A stretch of DNA of 64,000 nt from an uncultured delta proteobacterium (GTDB lineage Bacteria > Myxococcota_A > UBA9160 > UBA6930): contig CAVXZE010000006.1 in NCBI GenBank assembly GCA_963766175.1, forward strand, positions 55,333-119,332, in the 5' to 3' direction. Position 1 is the first letter of the stretch. Each line of letters begins with the position of its first letter. Positions 29,101-35,799 of the stretch are shown one piece after another. Made by a program: the position numbers and the translations under genes. A model generated the notes under the pieces. The model had not been told where the DNA came from and did no database searches. It worked only from the letters and a program-made list of their open reading frames with translations.

Positions 29101-29237
29101 CGTCGACGCTCCTCACACTGATCGTGGTGCCGGTGGTCTACTCGGTAGTGGACGTGGGAACCGTCTGGCTGCAAACGAGCTTCGGCAGGCTTCGAGCCGT
29201 GGTCGCACGGCGCGCGCCCGTGGGGGCGCGAAGATGA
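26130..29237 (+). CDS. RND efflux transporter permease (AcrB family), 1035 aa
   Basis: Typical N-terminus (SIRRPVFAAMLILGLVVLG), 12-TM/2-loop architecture, appropriate length. Confidence 0.95.
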   Translation: MNLADVSIRRPVFAAMLILGLVVLGLVSLGRLEMQLDPDIEFPIAYVTTELRGASPGTVEREVTDVLEEQINAIEGIRTLSSTSSEGLSRIGVEFHLDYDIDIKVQEVRDKVALARPLLPLDIEDPVVGKFDLNAISMMNIVLGGAVSLRDLSDLAEHDVKERLERLPGVGAVEIVGAREREIRVWLDPLRLTGYGLSIEDVANMLRMENAELASGRIEGIRREWSVTTQGKAKTVADFGELIVAERAGRLVRLREVAVVEDGMAEARSIARLNGHPGVSLEIQRQSGADIVGIARHVRAEVEEIRKSLPPGVEITMARDYAIYIEAQVRSVFEDMLLATGLVIIVVLFFLRNVRTTFIAMLAIPSSVIGAFTLFYAMNLSLNVMTLMALSLAIGLVIDDTIVVLESIYRKIEAGEDAMSAAQRGTREVGLAVVSTTLAVCAVFVSIAFMRSVIGRYFYEFGVAVTAAVFVSVLVAFTLTPMLASRMLSQSGEPGWLFRRFARALAALDGGYRWLLLRSLRHKFVTLAVGAAAVLGGCGIASTLPFDLYSQEDLNEILVQAKFPIGTPLSVTDRMLRRMEAELIGHPDVRDTFAAAGNEVRHEPHRVRIEVMLIDKQERERPLAETFDELRTRLLAAVPEAEEITVGLPSHGDSQGAHTNLSYSLQGPDLGRLERYANQLTVRMHEDPVFVDVGSSFEAGKPQITLDVDRGRAADLGVSAVAIGRTIRTLLAGEKAGSFEEGGRRHDVRVQVLPEYRDDPAKIDLIRVRSLRGELVPITSAASVRMDEGPVEIRRENRTREIRVVANMASGIPLSVGATKVEAWGTELGIQPPDEMVAGGRVRIMGELLTDVGFAFGLGLLALYMILASLFNSFTHPFTIMMSAPLSFIGGFLALKLLGMSLDMMSSVGLLVLMGLVMKNGILLVDYTNQLREAGRSREEALLEAGPVRMRPVLMTSAALIFGMLPMVLTEAIGAEFRAPMAAITIGGLFTSTLLTLIVVPVVYSVVDVGTVWLQTSFGRLRAVVARRAPVGARR

Positions 29238-30040
29238 GCGGCGCAAAGAGTGATTCGGATTCGACCGGAGTGGTTCTGGTCGAGAGAAGCGGTGCGGTAG
29301 CCAGCGTCGTTCTCAACGATCCACCCCACAATCGCCTCTCCATGGCGATGGTCGACCGGCTCGAGGAGCTGATTCCAGAGCTGGCCAGCGATCGGGAGCT
29401 GCGCGCCGTCGTGATCACGGGCGCCGGCGATCGAACCTTCTCCGTCGGCGCCGACATCCGCGAGTTCGGCAAGGTGGCTGCGGAGATGGGCATGCGCGGG
29501 TTCATCGAACAGCGTCTGCGCGTGCTCGCCGCCATCGAGAACCTTCCCAAGCCGGTGGTCTGCGCGATCCGCGGTCCCTGTGTGGGCGGCGGGCTTGAGC
29601 TGGCGCTCTCCTGCCACTTCCGAATCGCGGCAGAAGGCGCCCGCATCGGTCTTCCCGAGATCGAGCTGGGCATCGCACCCGCCTGGGGCGGCACGCAGCG
29701 TCTCACCCGAACCGTGGGCCGCGCCCACGCCCTGGACATGATGCTCCGCGCCCGGAAGATCGGCGCAGAAGAGGCGCACCGGATCGGTCTGGTGCACCAG
29801 GTGTGCAGGCCCGACGAGCTGCTCGATCGGGCCCATCTGCTGGCCGCGGAGCTCGCGGAGAAGCCGCCCCTTGCCGTCGCAGGCATCCTCGAGGCCGTGA
29901 TCAAGGGGGGAGAGCTCTCTCTCGAGGAGGGTCTGGCCGTCGAGTACCGGGCCGTGGAGCGAACCTCCGGCAGCAAGGACACCATCGAAGGCGTGCGCGC
30001 CTTCTTCGAGAAGCGCAAGCCCGTGTTCAAGGGCGAGTGA
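29234..30040 (+). CDS. Enoyl-CoA hydratase/isomerase (crotonase) family protein
   Basis: ATG 29234 overlaps the RND stop (ATGA). Crotonase motifs VVITGAGDRTFSVGADI, GPCVGGGLELAL, PEIELGI.P.WGGTQRL. Confidence 0.9.
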   Translation: MSGAKSDSDSTGVVLVERSGAVASVVLNDPPHNRLSMAMVDRLEELIPELASDRELRAVVITGAGDRTFSVGADIREFGKVAAEMGMRGFIEQRLRVLAAIENLPKPVVCAIRGPCVGGGLELALSCHFRIAAEGARIGLPEIELGIAPAWGGTQRLTRTVGRAHALDMMLRARKIGAEEAHRIGLVHQVCRPDELLDRAHLLAAELAEKPPLAVAGILEAVIKGGELSLEEGLAVEYRAVERTSGSKDTIEGVRAFFEKRKPVFKGE

Positions 30041-30545
30041 GCGCGGTACCTCTCAGCACCAGCTCCTCGGAGCCCTCCAGCAGCTCCTCGAGGTTGGCCC
30101 GGATGATGCGGTAGCCGACGTTCCCGTAGAGCTTCTGCCTCCCTTCGTTGAGCAGGAAGGTCGGGCTCCCCTGGATGAGGTGCTGCTTCTGCAGCTCGGC
30201 ATCGGCGAAGAGCGCCGCGAAGGCCCGGCCGTTCTCCATCTCGCTGCGGAGCCGGCCCACCGGGAGCTCCAGCTCACCGGCGATCTCGGCCTGTAACGCG
30301 GTCGAGCAGACGTCGCGGGCATCGCGAAAGAACGCGGTGCGCAGCCGCCAGATCAACTCCTCGACGCGAGTGTTGCCCGCGTGCTCCGGCAGGGACTGGG
30401 GGCAGATCTCCCCCGCCAACTCAAGCAGCTTCACCTGCGATCCGAAATCCCGCCGGATCTGATCCAGCTTGATCTGGGCGAAGTAGGCCCAGACACACAG
30501 AATGTCCGAGAAGTACGAAATGCTCAGGGCGGACTCCGGGCTCAT
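30027..30545 (-). CDS. DsbA-family thioredoxin-fold protein with a single active-site Cys (C-V-W-A)
   Basis: Start at ATG 30545 (MSPESALSISYFSDILCVWAY..). C-terminal GSPTFLLNEG is typical of DsbA/FrnE-like proteins. Confidence 0.7.
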   Translation of the reverse strand: MSPESALSISYFSDILCVWAYFAQIKLDQIRRDFGSQVKLLELAGEICPQSLPEHAGNTRVEELIWRLRTAFFRDARDVCSTALQAEIAGELELPVGRLRSEMENGRAFAALFADAELQKQHLIQGSPTFLLNEGRQKLYGNVGYRIIRANLEELLEGSEELVLRGTALTRP

Positions 30546-30689
30546 GTTCCCCTCATGACCCCGTATGGTAGCGGGTGAGATTGCCTTCGATTGCGGTCGG
30601 AGGGATGCCGGAGCCTCCTCGGTTACCCTCGATGCGAGGTAACCCAGAACCTGCCTTCGGGTGTCCAAAGAACAGATGGCGAGTAGCGT

Positions 30690-31256
30690 GTGATGGTGGC
30701 TGGGACTGAAACGGTGGAGAGCTCCAGCGCTGCGGTGGATCTGGAGCGGCGCTTCACGGCCTTCGTCGTGAGCCACCGGGATCGGGCCCGCCGTGTGGCC
30801 TGGCGGCTCGTCGGGGGAGACGATGCCGCCGCCGAGGACGTCGCCCAGGAGGCCTTCGTCAAGGCGTATCGGGCACTGGGCCGATTCCGGGAGGAGTCGA
30901 AGCTAGAGACCTGGTTCTACCGGATCCTGCTGCGCCAGGCTCACAACCATCGCCGCTGGGCAGCGGTGCGGTGGCGTTGGGCTGGCGGGTCGGAAGAAGA
31001 GCTGGCCGATCCCTCCGCTCCGGCTACAAGCGACCCCGGCCTGAAGAGGCGAATCGCCGACGCCCTGGACGGACTCACTCGCCGGCAGCGGGAAGCGTTC
31101 ATCCTGGTGCACATGGAAGGATTCACGGTTTGCGAGGCCGCAGCGCTTCTGGGCAAGCCGACGGGCACGGTGAAGAGCCATCTCCACCGCGCCCTTCGGG
31201 CGCTGCGAGCAGCGCTCGCCGATCTTCAGGACTTCGATGGAGGACGTCGGGAATGA
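30690..31256 (+). CDS. ECF-type RNA polymerase sigma-70 factor
   Basis: Region 2 (AEDVAQEAFVKAYR, WFYRIL) and region 4 (LTRRQREAFILVHMEGFTVCEAAALLGKPTGTVKSHLHRA). Confidence 0.9.
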   Translation: MMVAGTETVESSSAAVDLERRFTAFVVSHRDRARRVAWRLVGGDDAAAEDVAQEAFVKAYRALGRFREESKLETWFYRILLRQAHNHRRWAAVRWRWAGGSEEELADPSAPATSDPGLKRRIADALDGLTRRQREAFILVHMEGFTVCEAAALLGKPTGTVKSHLHRALRALRAALADLQDFDGGRRE

Positions 31257-31642
31257 CCTCTTCTCGTGACGAGCGAACGCCCCTCGAGGGTGCGGCAAAG
31301 GAGTTCCTGGGTCGCCTCTCGAAGGCGTACACGCCGGATCCGATGAGCGCGGGCGAACGCGCGGCATTCGACCAGGCGATCCGATCCCGGCTCGAGCGAC
31401 CCCGGCGGCGACCGCTGCTGATTCCGGCGATCGGAGCCGCCGCCGCTGCGGGGTTGCTCTGGCTCGTGGTCTCTCAGTCGATCGTTCCGACCCCCCCGCC
31501 AGCGGAGGAGGGTTTCGCGGCGGTGGCTGCCGGCTCCTGGGAGGACGAGGTGTTCCTCTCCAGCGATCTCAGTGCTTCGGAGGATCGCGAAGCACTTCCA
31601 GACGACTACCTCGCGATTGCCAGCGTGTTCCTGGGCGGATAG
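31253..31642 (+). CDS. Putative single-pass anti-sigma factor
   Basis: ATGA overlap with the sigma stop (31253-31256). One TM (LLIPAIGAAAAAGLLWLVV). No zf-HC2 motif, so the assignment is positional. Confidence 0.6.
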   Translation: MTSSRDERTPLEGAAKEFLGRLSKAYTPDPMSAGERAAFDQAIRSRLERPRRRPLLIPAIGAAAAAGLLWLVVSQSIVPTPPPAEEGFAAVAAGSWEDEVFLSSDLSASEDREALPDDYLAIASVFLGG

Positions 31643-31725
31643 GGACGTAACCCAAGCACCGGATTCGAGGGTCCATAGGTCAGATGCGCAGGAAAGCCAT
31701 CATCAACTGTCGGAAGGAAAAACAC

Positions 31726-32382
31726 ATGCGTTGGCTCGATTTCGTCGGATCTCTTACAGCCCTGATCGCGGGAGTGGCCGTCGCCAGCGTGAGTTCTGCA
31801 CAGCCCCCCTTCGGTGGACATCACGGGCCTGGGGGACACCACCCGGGCCATGGGCCGCACGGGTTCATCGAAGAGCATGCAGCCCAGCTCGGTCTGGATG
31901 ATCAGACCCAGGCGGCGATCGACGAGATCGTCGGCGAATCCCAGGAGCGGGCGCGGGAGCTCCGTCCGAAGCTACGGGGCATGCACCGGGAGATGCACGA
32001 TCTCCTTTCCCAGGACACTCCGGACGAACTGGCCGTGATGCAGCAGGCCGAAGCGATCGGTCAGGCCGAGACCGAGCTTCACAAGTACCGCCTCCAGACA
32101 CTGATCAAGATCCGGGCGCTGCTCACGGACGAGCAGAGAGCCGAGCTGACCCGAATCCGAGAGGAGACCCGGGCGCAGTGGCGTCAGCCTCTGATCGAGG
32201 CGTGTGAGGCCGACGTCGACCAGTTCTGTCCCGAGGCCGAAGACCGGTGGTCCAGGAGGCGGTGCCTGCGTGACCGCTGGGAAGAGGTCTCGTCCGGCTG
32301 CCAGGGCGCCATCGAGGGCGCGAGGAGCGAGTTTCGCCGCGGCCGCGGGAAGCCCGGACCCGATGGGATGGGCGAGTTCTGA
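31726..32382 (+). CDS. Periplasmic Spy/CpxP/ZraP-like (LTxxQ) protein with an N-terminal His-rich tract and a C-terminal 4-Cys segment
   Basis: GGAAGGAAA SD before ATG 31726. Signal peptide ..ASVSSAQ, His tract GGHHGPGGHHPGHGPHG, LTDEQ motif, and CEADVDQFC..C..C. Confidence 0.7.
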   Translation: MRWLDFVGSLTALIAGVAVASVSSAQPPFGGHHGPGGHHPGHGPHGFIEEHAAQLGLDDQTQAAIDEIVGESQERARELRPKLRGMHREMHDLLSQDTPDELAVMQQAEAIGQAETELHKYRLQTLIKIRALLTDEQRAELTRIREETRAQWRQPLIEACEADVDQFCPEAEDRWSRRRCLRDRWEEVSSGCQGAIEGARSEFRRGRGKPGPDGMGEF

Positions 32383-32392
32383 GTCACGACCT

Positions 32393-32428
32393 GGAGGTTC
32401 CCCACGCGGCATCGGGTGGGGAACCTCC
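32393..32428. terminator. Strong bidirectional hairpin (13-bp perfect stem, 10-nt loop) between convergent genes
   Basis: GGAGGTTCCCCAC (32393-32405) pairs perfectly with GTGGGGAACCTCC (32416-32428). Confidence 0.6.
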
Positions 32429-32440
32429 GGGTGATGATCC

Positions 32441-32731
32441 TCAGGACCAGTTACCCGCCAGCTTGCCCGCCAGGGTCATCTCCTTGTCGCTGCGCGTCCC
32501 CAGCTTGATGGAGGTGGAGAGCCGCGCCGTGCCCTCGGCGTGGAGCGTCTCGTGCACCTTCTTGATGGTCGCGAAGATGGTGTCGAGCTCGCCCTCCACG
32601 TTGGTGCCGTAGGAGTGCAGCTGCACCTTCAGACCCGATTCTTCGATCAGCTTGTGCGCCCGCATCACCTCCTTGCGAACGGACACGCCTGCGCCAATCG
32701 GGATCACCTGGATTTCCGCCAGAGCTTTCAT
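32441..32731 (-). CDS. MTH1187/YkoF-like (UPF0045) small thiamine-binding-family protein
   Basis: 96 aa. N-terminal EIQVIPIG.G.S and overall ferredoxin-like fold signature of the family. Confidence 0.85.
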   Translation of the reverse strand: MKALAEIQVIPIGAGVSVRKEVMRAHKLIEESGLKVQLHSYGTNVEGELDTIFATIKKVHETLHAEGTARLSTSIKLGTRSDKEMTLAGKLAGNWS

Positions 32732-32896
32732 GGTTCGGCCTCTTCTCTGCTTTCGAGATACGCGAGGGCTCCATCCAGAGAGCGCCCCCGTTCTCGCGTC
32801 TCACCTTGCGGAGATTAGCGCCCGAATTGGTCTCCCGGCACACGCCACGGGTGCGCTTTGCGGATCGCCTGCCCGTGCCGTACCGTCGGCGGTGCC

Positions 32897-34609
32897 ATGC
32901 GCTTGTTCACCGGTGGACCGATCCTGACGATGCGGCGCGAGGCGCCGCGGGCCGAGGCGCTCGCGATCGACGGGGATCGGATCGTGGCGGTGGGCGAGGC
33001 CGGGGCGGTCCGCGCGTCCGCACCCGGAGCCGAAGAGATCGACCTGGCCGGAGCCTGCCTCCTCCCGGGCTTCATCGACGCCCATCACCACTTCAGCGAA
33101 GGCGCGTTCTTCACCTCCGTGACGAATCTGCACTGGCCGGCGGTGCGCAGTGTGGAAGAAATTCTCGCGGCGGTTCGAGCGCGTGCCGCCGAGACACCGC
33201 CGGGCCAGTGGGTGCTCGGCGAGGGGTACGACGCGTCTCGCCTGCGCGAGGGCCGACCGCCCACCCTGCAAGAGCTGGACTCCGCATCGCCGGAGCATCC
33301 GGTGCTGCTGGTGCAGTACTCGTACCACGAAGCCGTCGTGAACTCCCGAGCCCACCAGGCCGTCGATCTGCCGCTTCGGCGTCCGAATCCGCCCGGGGGT
33401 GAGATCGGGCTCGACGGCAGCGGCCAGCCGAATGGGCAGATGGTGGAGAACGCCGTCGCCCCCTTCTACACACGTGCGGTCGAGGAGGCGCTGGCGCGCA
33501 ACGAGGCCGGCTACATGGTGCAGCTTGCGCGCTACCAGGATCGCCTCTTTGCGGCGGGCCTGACCCGGGTCTACGACGCGGCCGTGTCACCGCTGATGGA
33601 GAGCACGCTCCGGCGCGCGGTCGAGCTGAACGTGTTGCGCATCCCGGTTTTGATGATGCTGGCCAGCTGCGATGGCATGTTCATGCCTCCGCGCGACCGG
33701 CTGGATGGCGCGCCCACCGGGAAGGGTGACGATCCTCTCCGGACAGGTCCGCTCAAGCTGTTCATGGACGGTGGGGAGCGTGCGGCGATGGCCCTGCCCC
33801 TGGGTCTGGTGGCCAGGTCGGGGCTTACATTGATCGGCCGGATGCTGCGTCGCCGGAGCCTCGCCCCGCTGCGCGCGTCGGGCGGAGCGTCGGGGCGGCT
33901 GGACAAGAGCGACTGGCGCTTTCACAGCGGGATTCTCTTCTACACCGAGGCGCAGGCGCGGGAGCTGGTGGACGAAGCGGTGGCGCTGGGGTTCTCGATG
34001 GCCGTTCACGCCGAGGGGAACGAGGGCATCGAGCGCGCCCTGGCCGTGCTGCCCCGGAGTCCGGAGCAGCGAGCGCCGGGAGTGGGACCACACCGGATCG
34101 AGCACTTCTTCTTCCCCGGTCCCGATGCGATCGGCCTTACGGCAGAGGCGGGAATCGCCACGGCCGTACAGCCGGCGATCGTCGAGTGGGTGGGCGACCG
34201 GCTGCTGGCGATGGGAATGGTCGGCCGCTGGCTCTTCACCCCGATTCGCTCCATGCTGGATGCCGGACTCACGGTGGCCGGGAGCAGCGACGCACCGGTC
34301 GTCGACTTCGATCCGCTGCGCGGGATTCGCGCTGCGGTGCGGCGACGTGCCATTTCCGGAGCGCCGGTCGAGGATGGCCAGCAGGTGACGATCGGCGAGG
34401 CGCTGGAGATGTACACCGTCCACGGTGCGCGGTCGGGGGGCCTCGAGCACGAGGTCGGCACGCTCGAAGCGGGGAAGCGGGCCGATCTGGTGGTCCTCGG
34501 CACGGATCCGACCGAGCTCGGGCCCGAAGAGCTGGACCGCCTCGTCGTGGAACGGACGGTGTGTGGCGGCGTCGACGTCTACCTGAGGGCCGCTGAAGCC
34601 TCCAGCTGA
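32897..34609 (+). CDS. Amidohydrolase-family metal-dependent hydrolase (YtcJ-like)
   Basis: Start ATG 32897 (MRLFTGGPILTM). Metal motif GFIDAHHHF and a C-terminal ..GKRADLVVL.. segment. Confidence 0.9.
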   Translation: MRLFTGGPILTMRREAPRAEALAIDGDRIVAVGEAGAVRASAPGAEEIDLAGACLLPGFIDAHHHFSEGAFFTSVTNLHWPAVRSVEEILAAVRARAAETPPGQWVLGEGYDASRLREGRPPTLQELDSASPEHPVLLVQYSYHEAVVNSRAHQAVDLPLRRPNPPGGEIGLDGSGQPNGQMVENAVAPFYTRAVEEALARNEAGYMVQLARYQDRLFAAGLTRVYDAAVSPLMESTLRRAVELNVLRIPVLMMLASCDGMFMPPRDRLDGAPTGKGDDPLRTGPLKLFMDGGERAAMALPLGLVARSGLTLIGRMLRRRSLAPLRASGGASGRLDKSDWRFHSGILFYTEAQARELVDEAVALGFSMAVHAEGNEGIERALAVLPRSPEQRAPGVGPHRIEHFFFPGPDAIGLTAEAGIATAVQPAIVEWVGDRLLAMGMVGRWLFTPIRSMLDAGLTVAGSSDAPVVDFDPLRGIRAAVRRRAISGAPVEDGQQVTIGEALEMYTVHGARSGGLEHEVGTLEAGKRADLVVLGTDPTELGPEELDRLVVERTVCGGVDVYLRAAEASS

Positions 34610-34650
34610 GAAATGCAGGCTAGACTCCTCCGAGAGACAGGAGGAGAACG

Positions 34651-35226
34651 ATGGCCCTGACACCTTCCACGATGCTGGAGCTCGGCACGTCACTGCCCGG
34701 GTTTCGACTTCCGGATCCGTCCGGGAAGGTCGTTGCGAGCGACGACTTCAAGGACTCGCCCGCGCTGCTGGTCGCCTTCATCTGCAACCATTGTCCCTAC
34801 GTCAAGCACATCCGCGCGGAGCTCGCGCAGTTCGCAAAGGACTACCAGGGAAGCGGACTCGCGATAGTCGCGATCAACTCCAACGACGTGGCGAACTACC
34901 CCGACGACGGCCCGGCCAAGATGGCAGAAGAGGTCGAGCAGGTGGGCTACGTCTTCCCGTACCTGTACGACGAGAGCCAGGAGGTAGCGAAGGCGTATCG
35001 GGCCGCTTGCACGCCCGAGTTCTATCTCTTCGATGCCGACCGCCGGCTCGTCTACCGCGGCCAGTTCGACGACAGTCGCCCCGAGAGCGGTCGACCCGTC
35101 ACCGGCGCCGATCTGCGCGCGGCGGTCGATGCGCTGCTCGCCGGGCAGGCCCTCGAGTCGGATCAGACCCCCAGCATCGGCTGCAACATCAAGTGGAAGC
35201 CGGGCAACGAGCCCGACTACGCTTAG
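34651..35226 (+). CDS. Thioredoxin-fold thiol-disulfide oxidoreductase (redoxin/AhpC-TSA-like)
   Basis: C-x-x-C active site (CNHCPY). Family segments INSND..YP.D and GCNIKW. Confidence 0.88.
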   Translation: MALTPSTMLELGTSLPGFRLPDPSGKVVASDDFKDSPALLVAFICNHCPYVKHIRAELAQFAKDYQGSGLAIVAINSNDVANYPDDGPAKMAEEVEQVGYVFPYLYDESQEVAKAYRAACTPEFYLFDADRRLVYRGQFDDSRPESGRPVTGADLRAAVDALLAGQALESDQTPSIGCNIKWKPGNEPDYA

Positions 35227-35237
35227 AGGAGCAGGCT

Positions 35238-35609
35238 TCAGAGTCGAGCGGGATCTCCGCGGCGTCTCCGGTACCAGTGGATCAGAAAGGAGGCCGCGGC
35301 GAGAGCGCAGAGGATGAGTCCCGACCAGCGAAGCACCGGGAGGTGGTTCGGCTCGGGCGCGATGCCGGCAAGGGAAAGCGAGCTCCGGCTGGCGTAGAAG
35401 AGCGTGAGGAGAACGAAGCCCCCGACGAAGAGCAGGTGGAAGCCGCGCCGACCGCGTCGAATGTAGAGACGGGCAAAGACCACCGCGTGGACGGCGAAGA
35501 CGGCAGTGAGGAACAGCTCTTTCAACGAGAAGCCTCTCGAGGGGGTTCGGCTTCGAAGATCGTACCCGGAGTCACTTCGCTGTCCAACCAGCCTGGTTTC
35601 CAGTCGCAC
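35238..35609 (-). CDS. Small hypothetical membrane protein (about 3 TM); start uncertain
   Basis: Hydrophobic segments FLTAVFAVHAVVFA, LLFVGGFVLLTLFY and GLILCALAAASFLI. An alternative TTG start lies at 35525. No homology recognised. Confidence 0.4.
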   Translation of the reverse strand: MRLETRLVGQRSDSGYDLRSRTPSRGFSLKELFLTAVFAVHAVVFARLYIRRGRRGFHLLFVGGFVLLTLFYASRSSLSLAGIAPEPNHLPVLRWSGLILCALAAASFLIHWYRRRRGDPARL

Positions 35610-35799
35610 CTTCCGCTGAAAAGCCTCAAGCTCGATCGGGGCTCAGAGCGCGGGAGATGGGACGAAAGGATGCGCGGGAATGGCGAAATCGCGCAAGGTC
35701 GAGGAGTTCGTGGAGTCCCCTTCCTGCTGGCCCTGTGCCTGGTGACAGGCTTGGCCGGGCCTTCGGCGGCGGAGACGACTGTGGGCTGCCGGACCGCGA

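Noticed and set aside
28598-29233. Long 5' extensions of track ORFs (28598..30040, 30971..31642, 49970..51034, 58111..59028, 41119..42810, 24901..26133) overlapping the preceding gene.
   Set aside because: The extensions are out-of-frame read-through of the upstream gene with non-protein-like composition. Internal ATGs with an SD or stop/start overlap give sensible N-termini (signal peptides, lipoboxes, family N-termini).
32732-32896. Possible TPP (THI-box) riboswitch upstream of the MTH1187/YkoF-like gene, because this family is thiamine-associated.
   Set aside because: I compared the minus-strand leader by eye with the thiM-type consensus (GGGGUGC..CUGAGA..ACCCU..CCUGAUCUGGAUAAUGCCAGCG). 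Only loose fragments are present (GTGAGA, CTCTGGATGG), they are in an inconsistent order, and the pairing partners are missing. An Infernal/Rfam scan would settle it.
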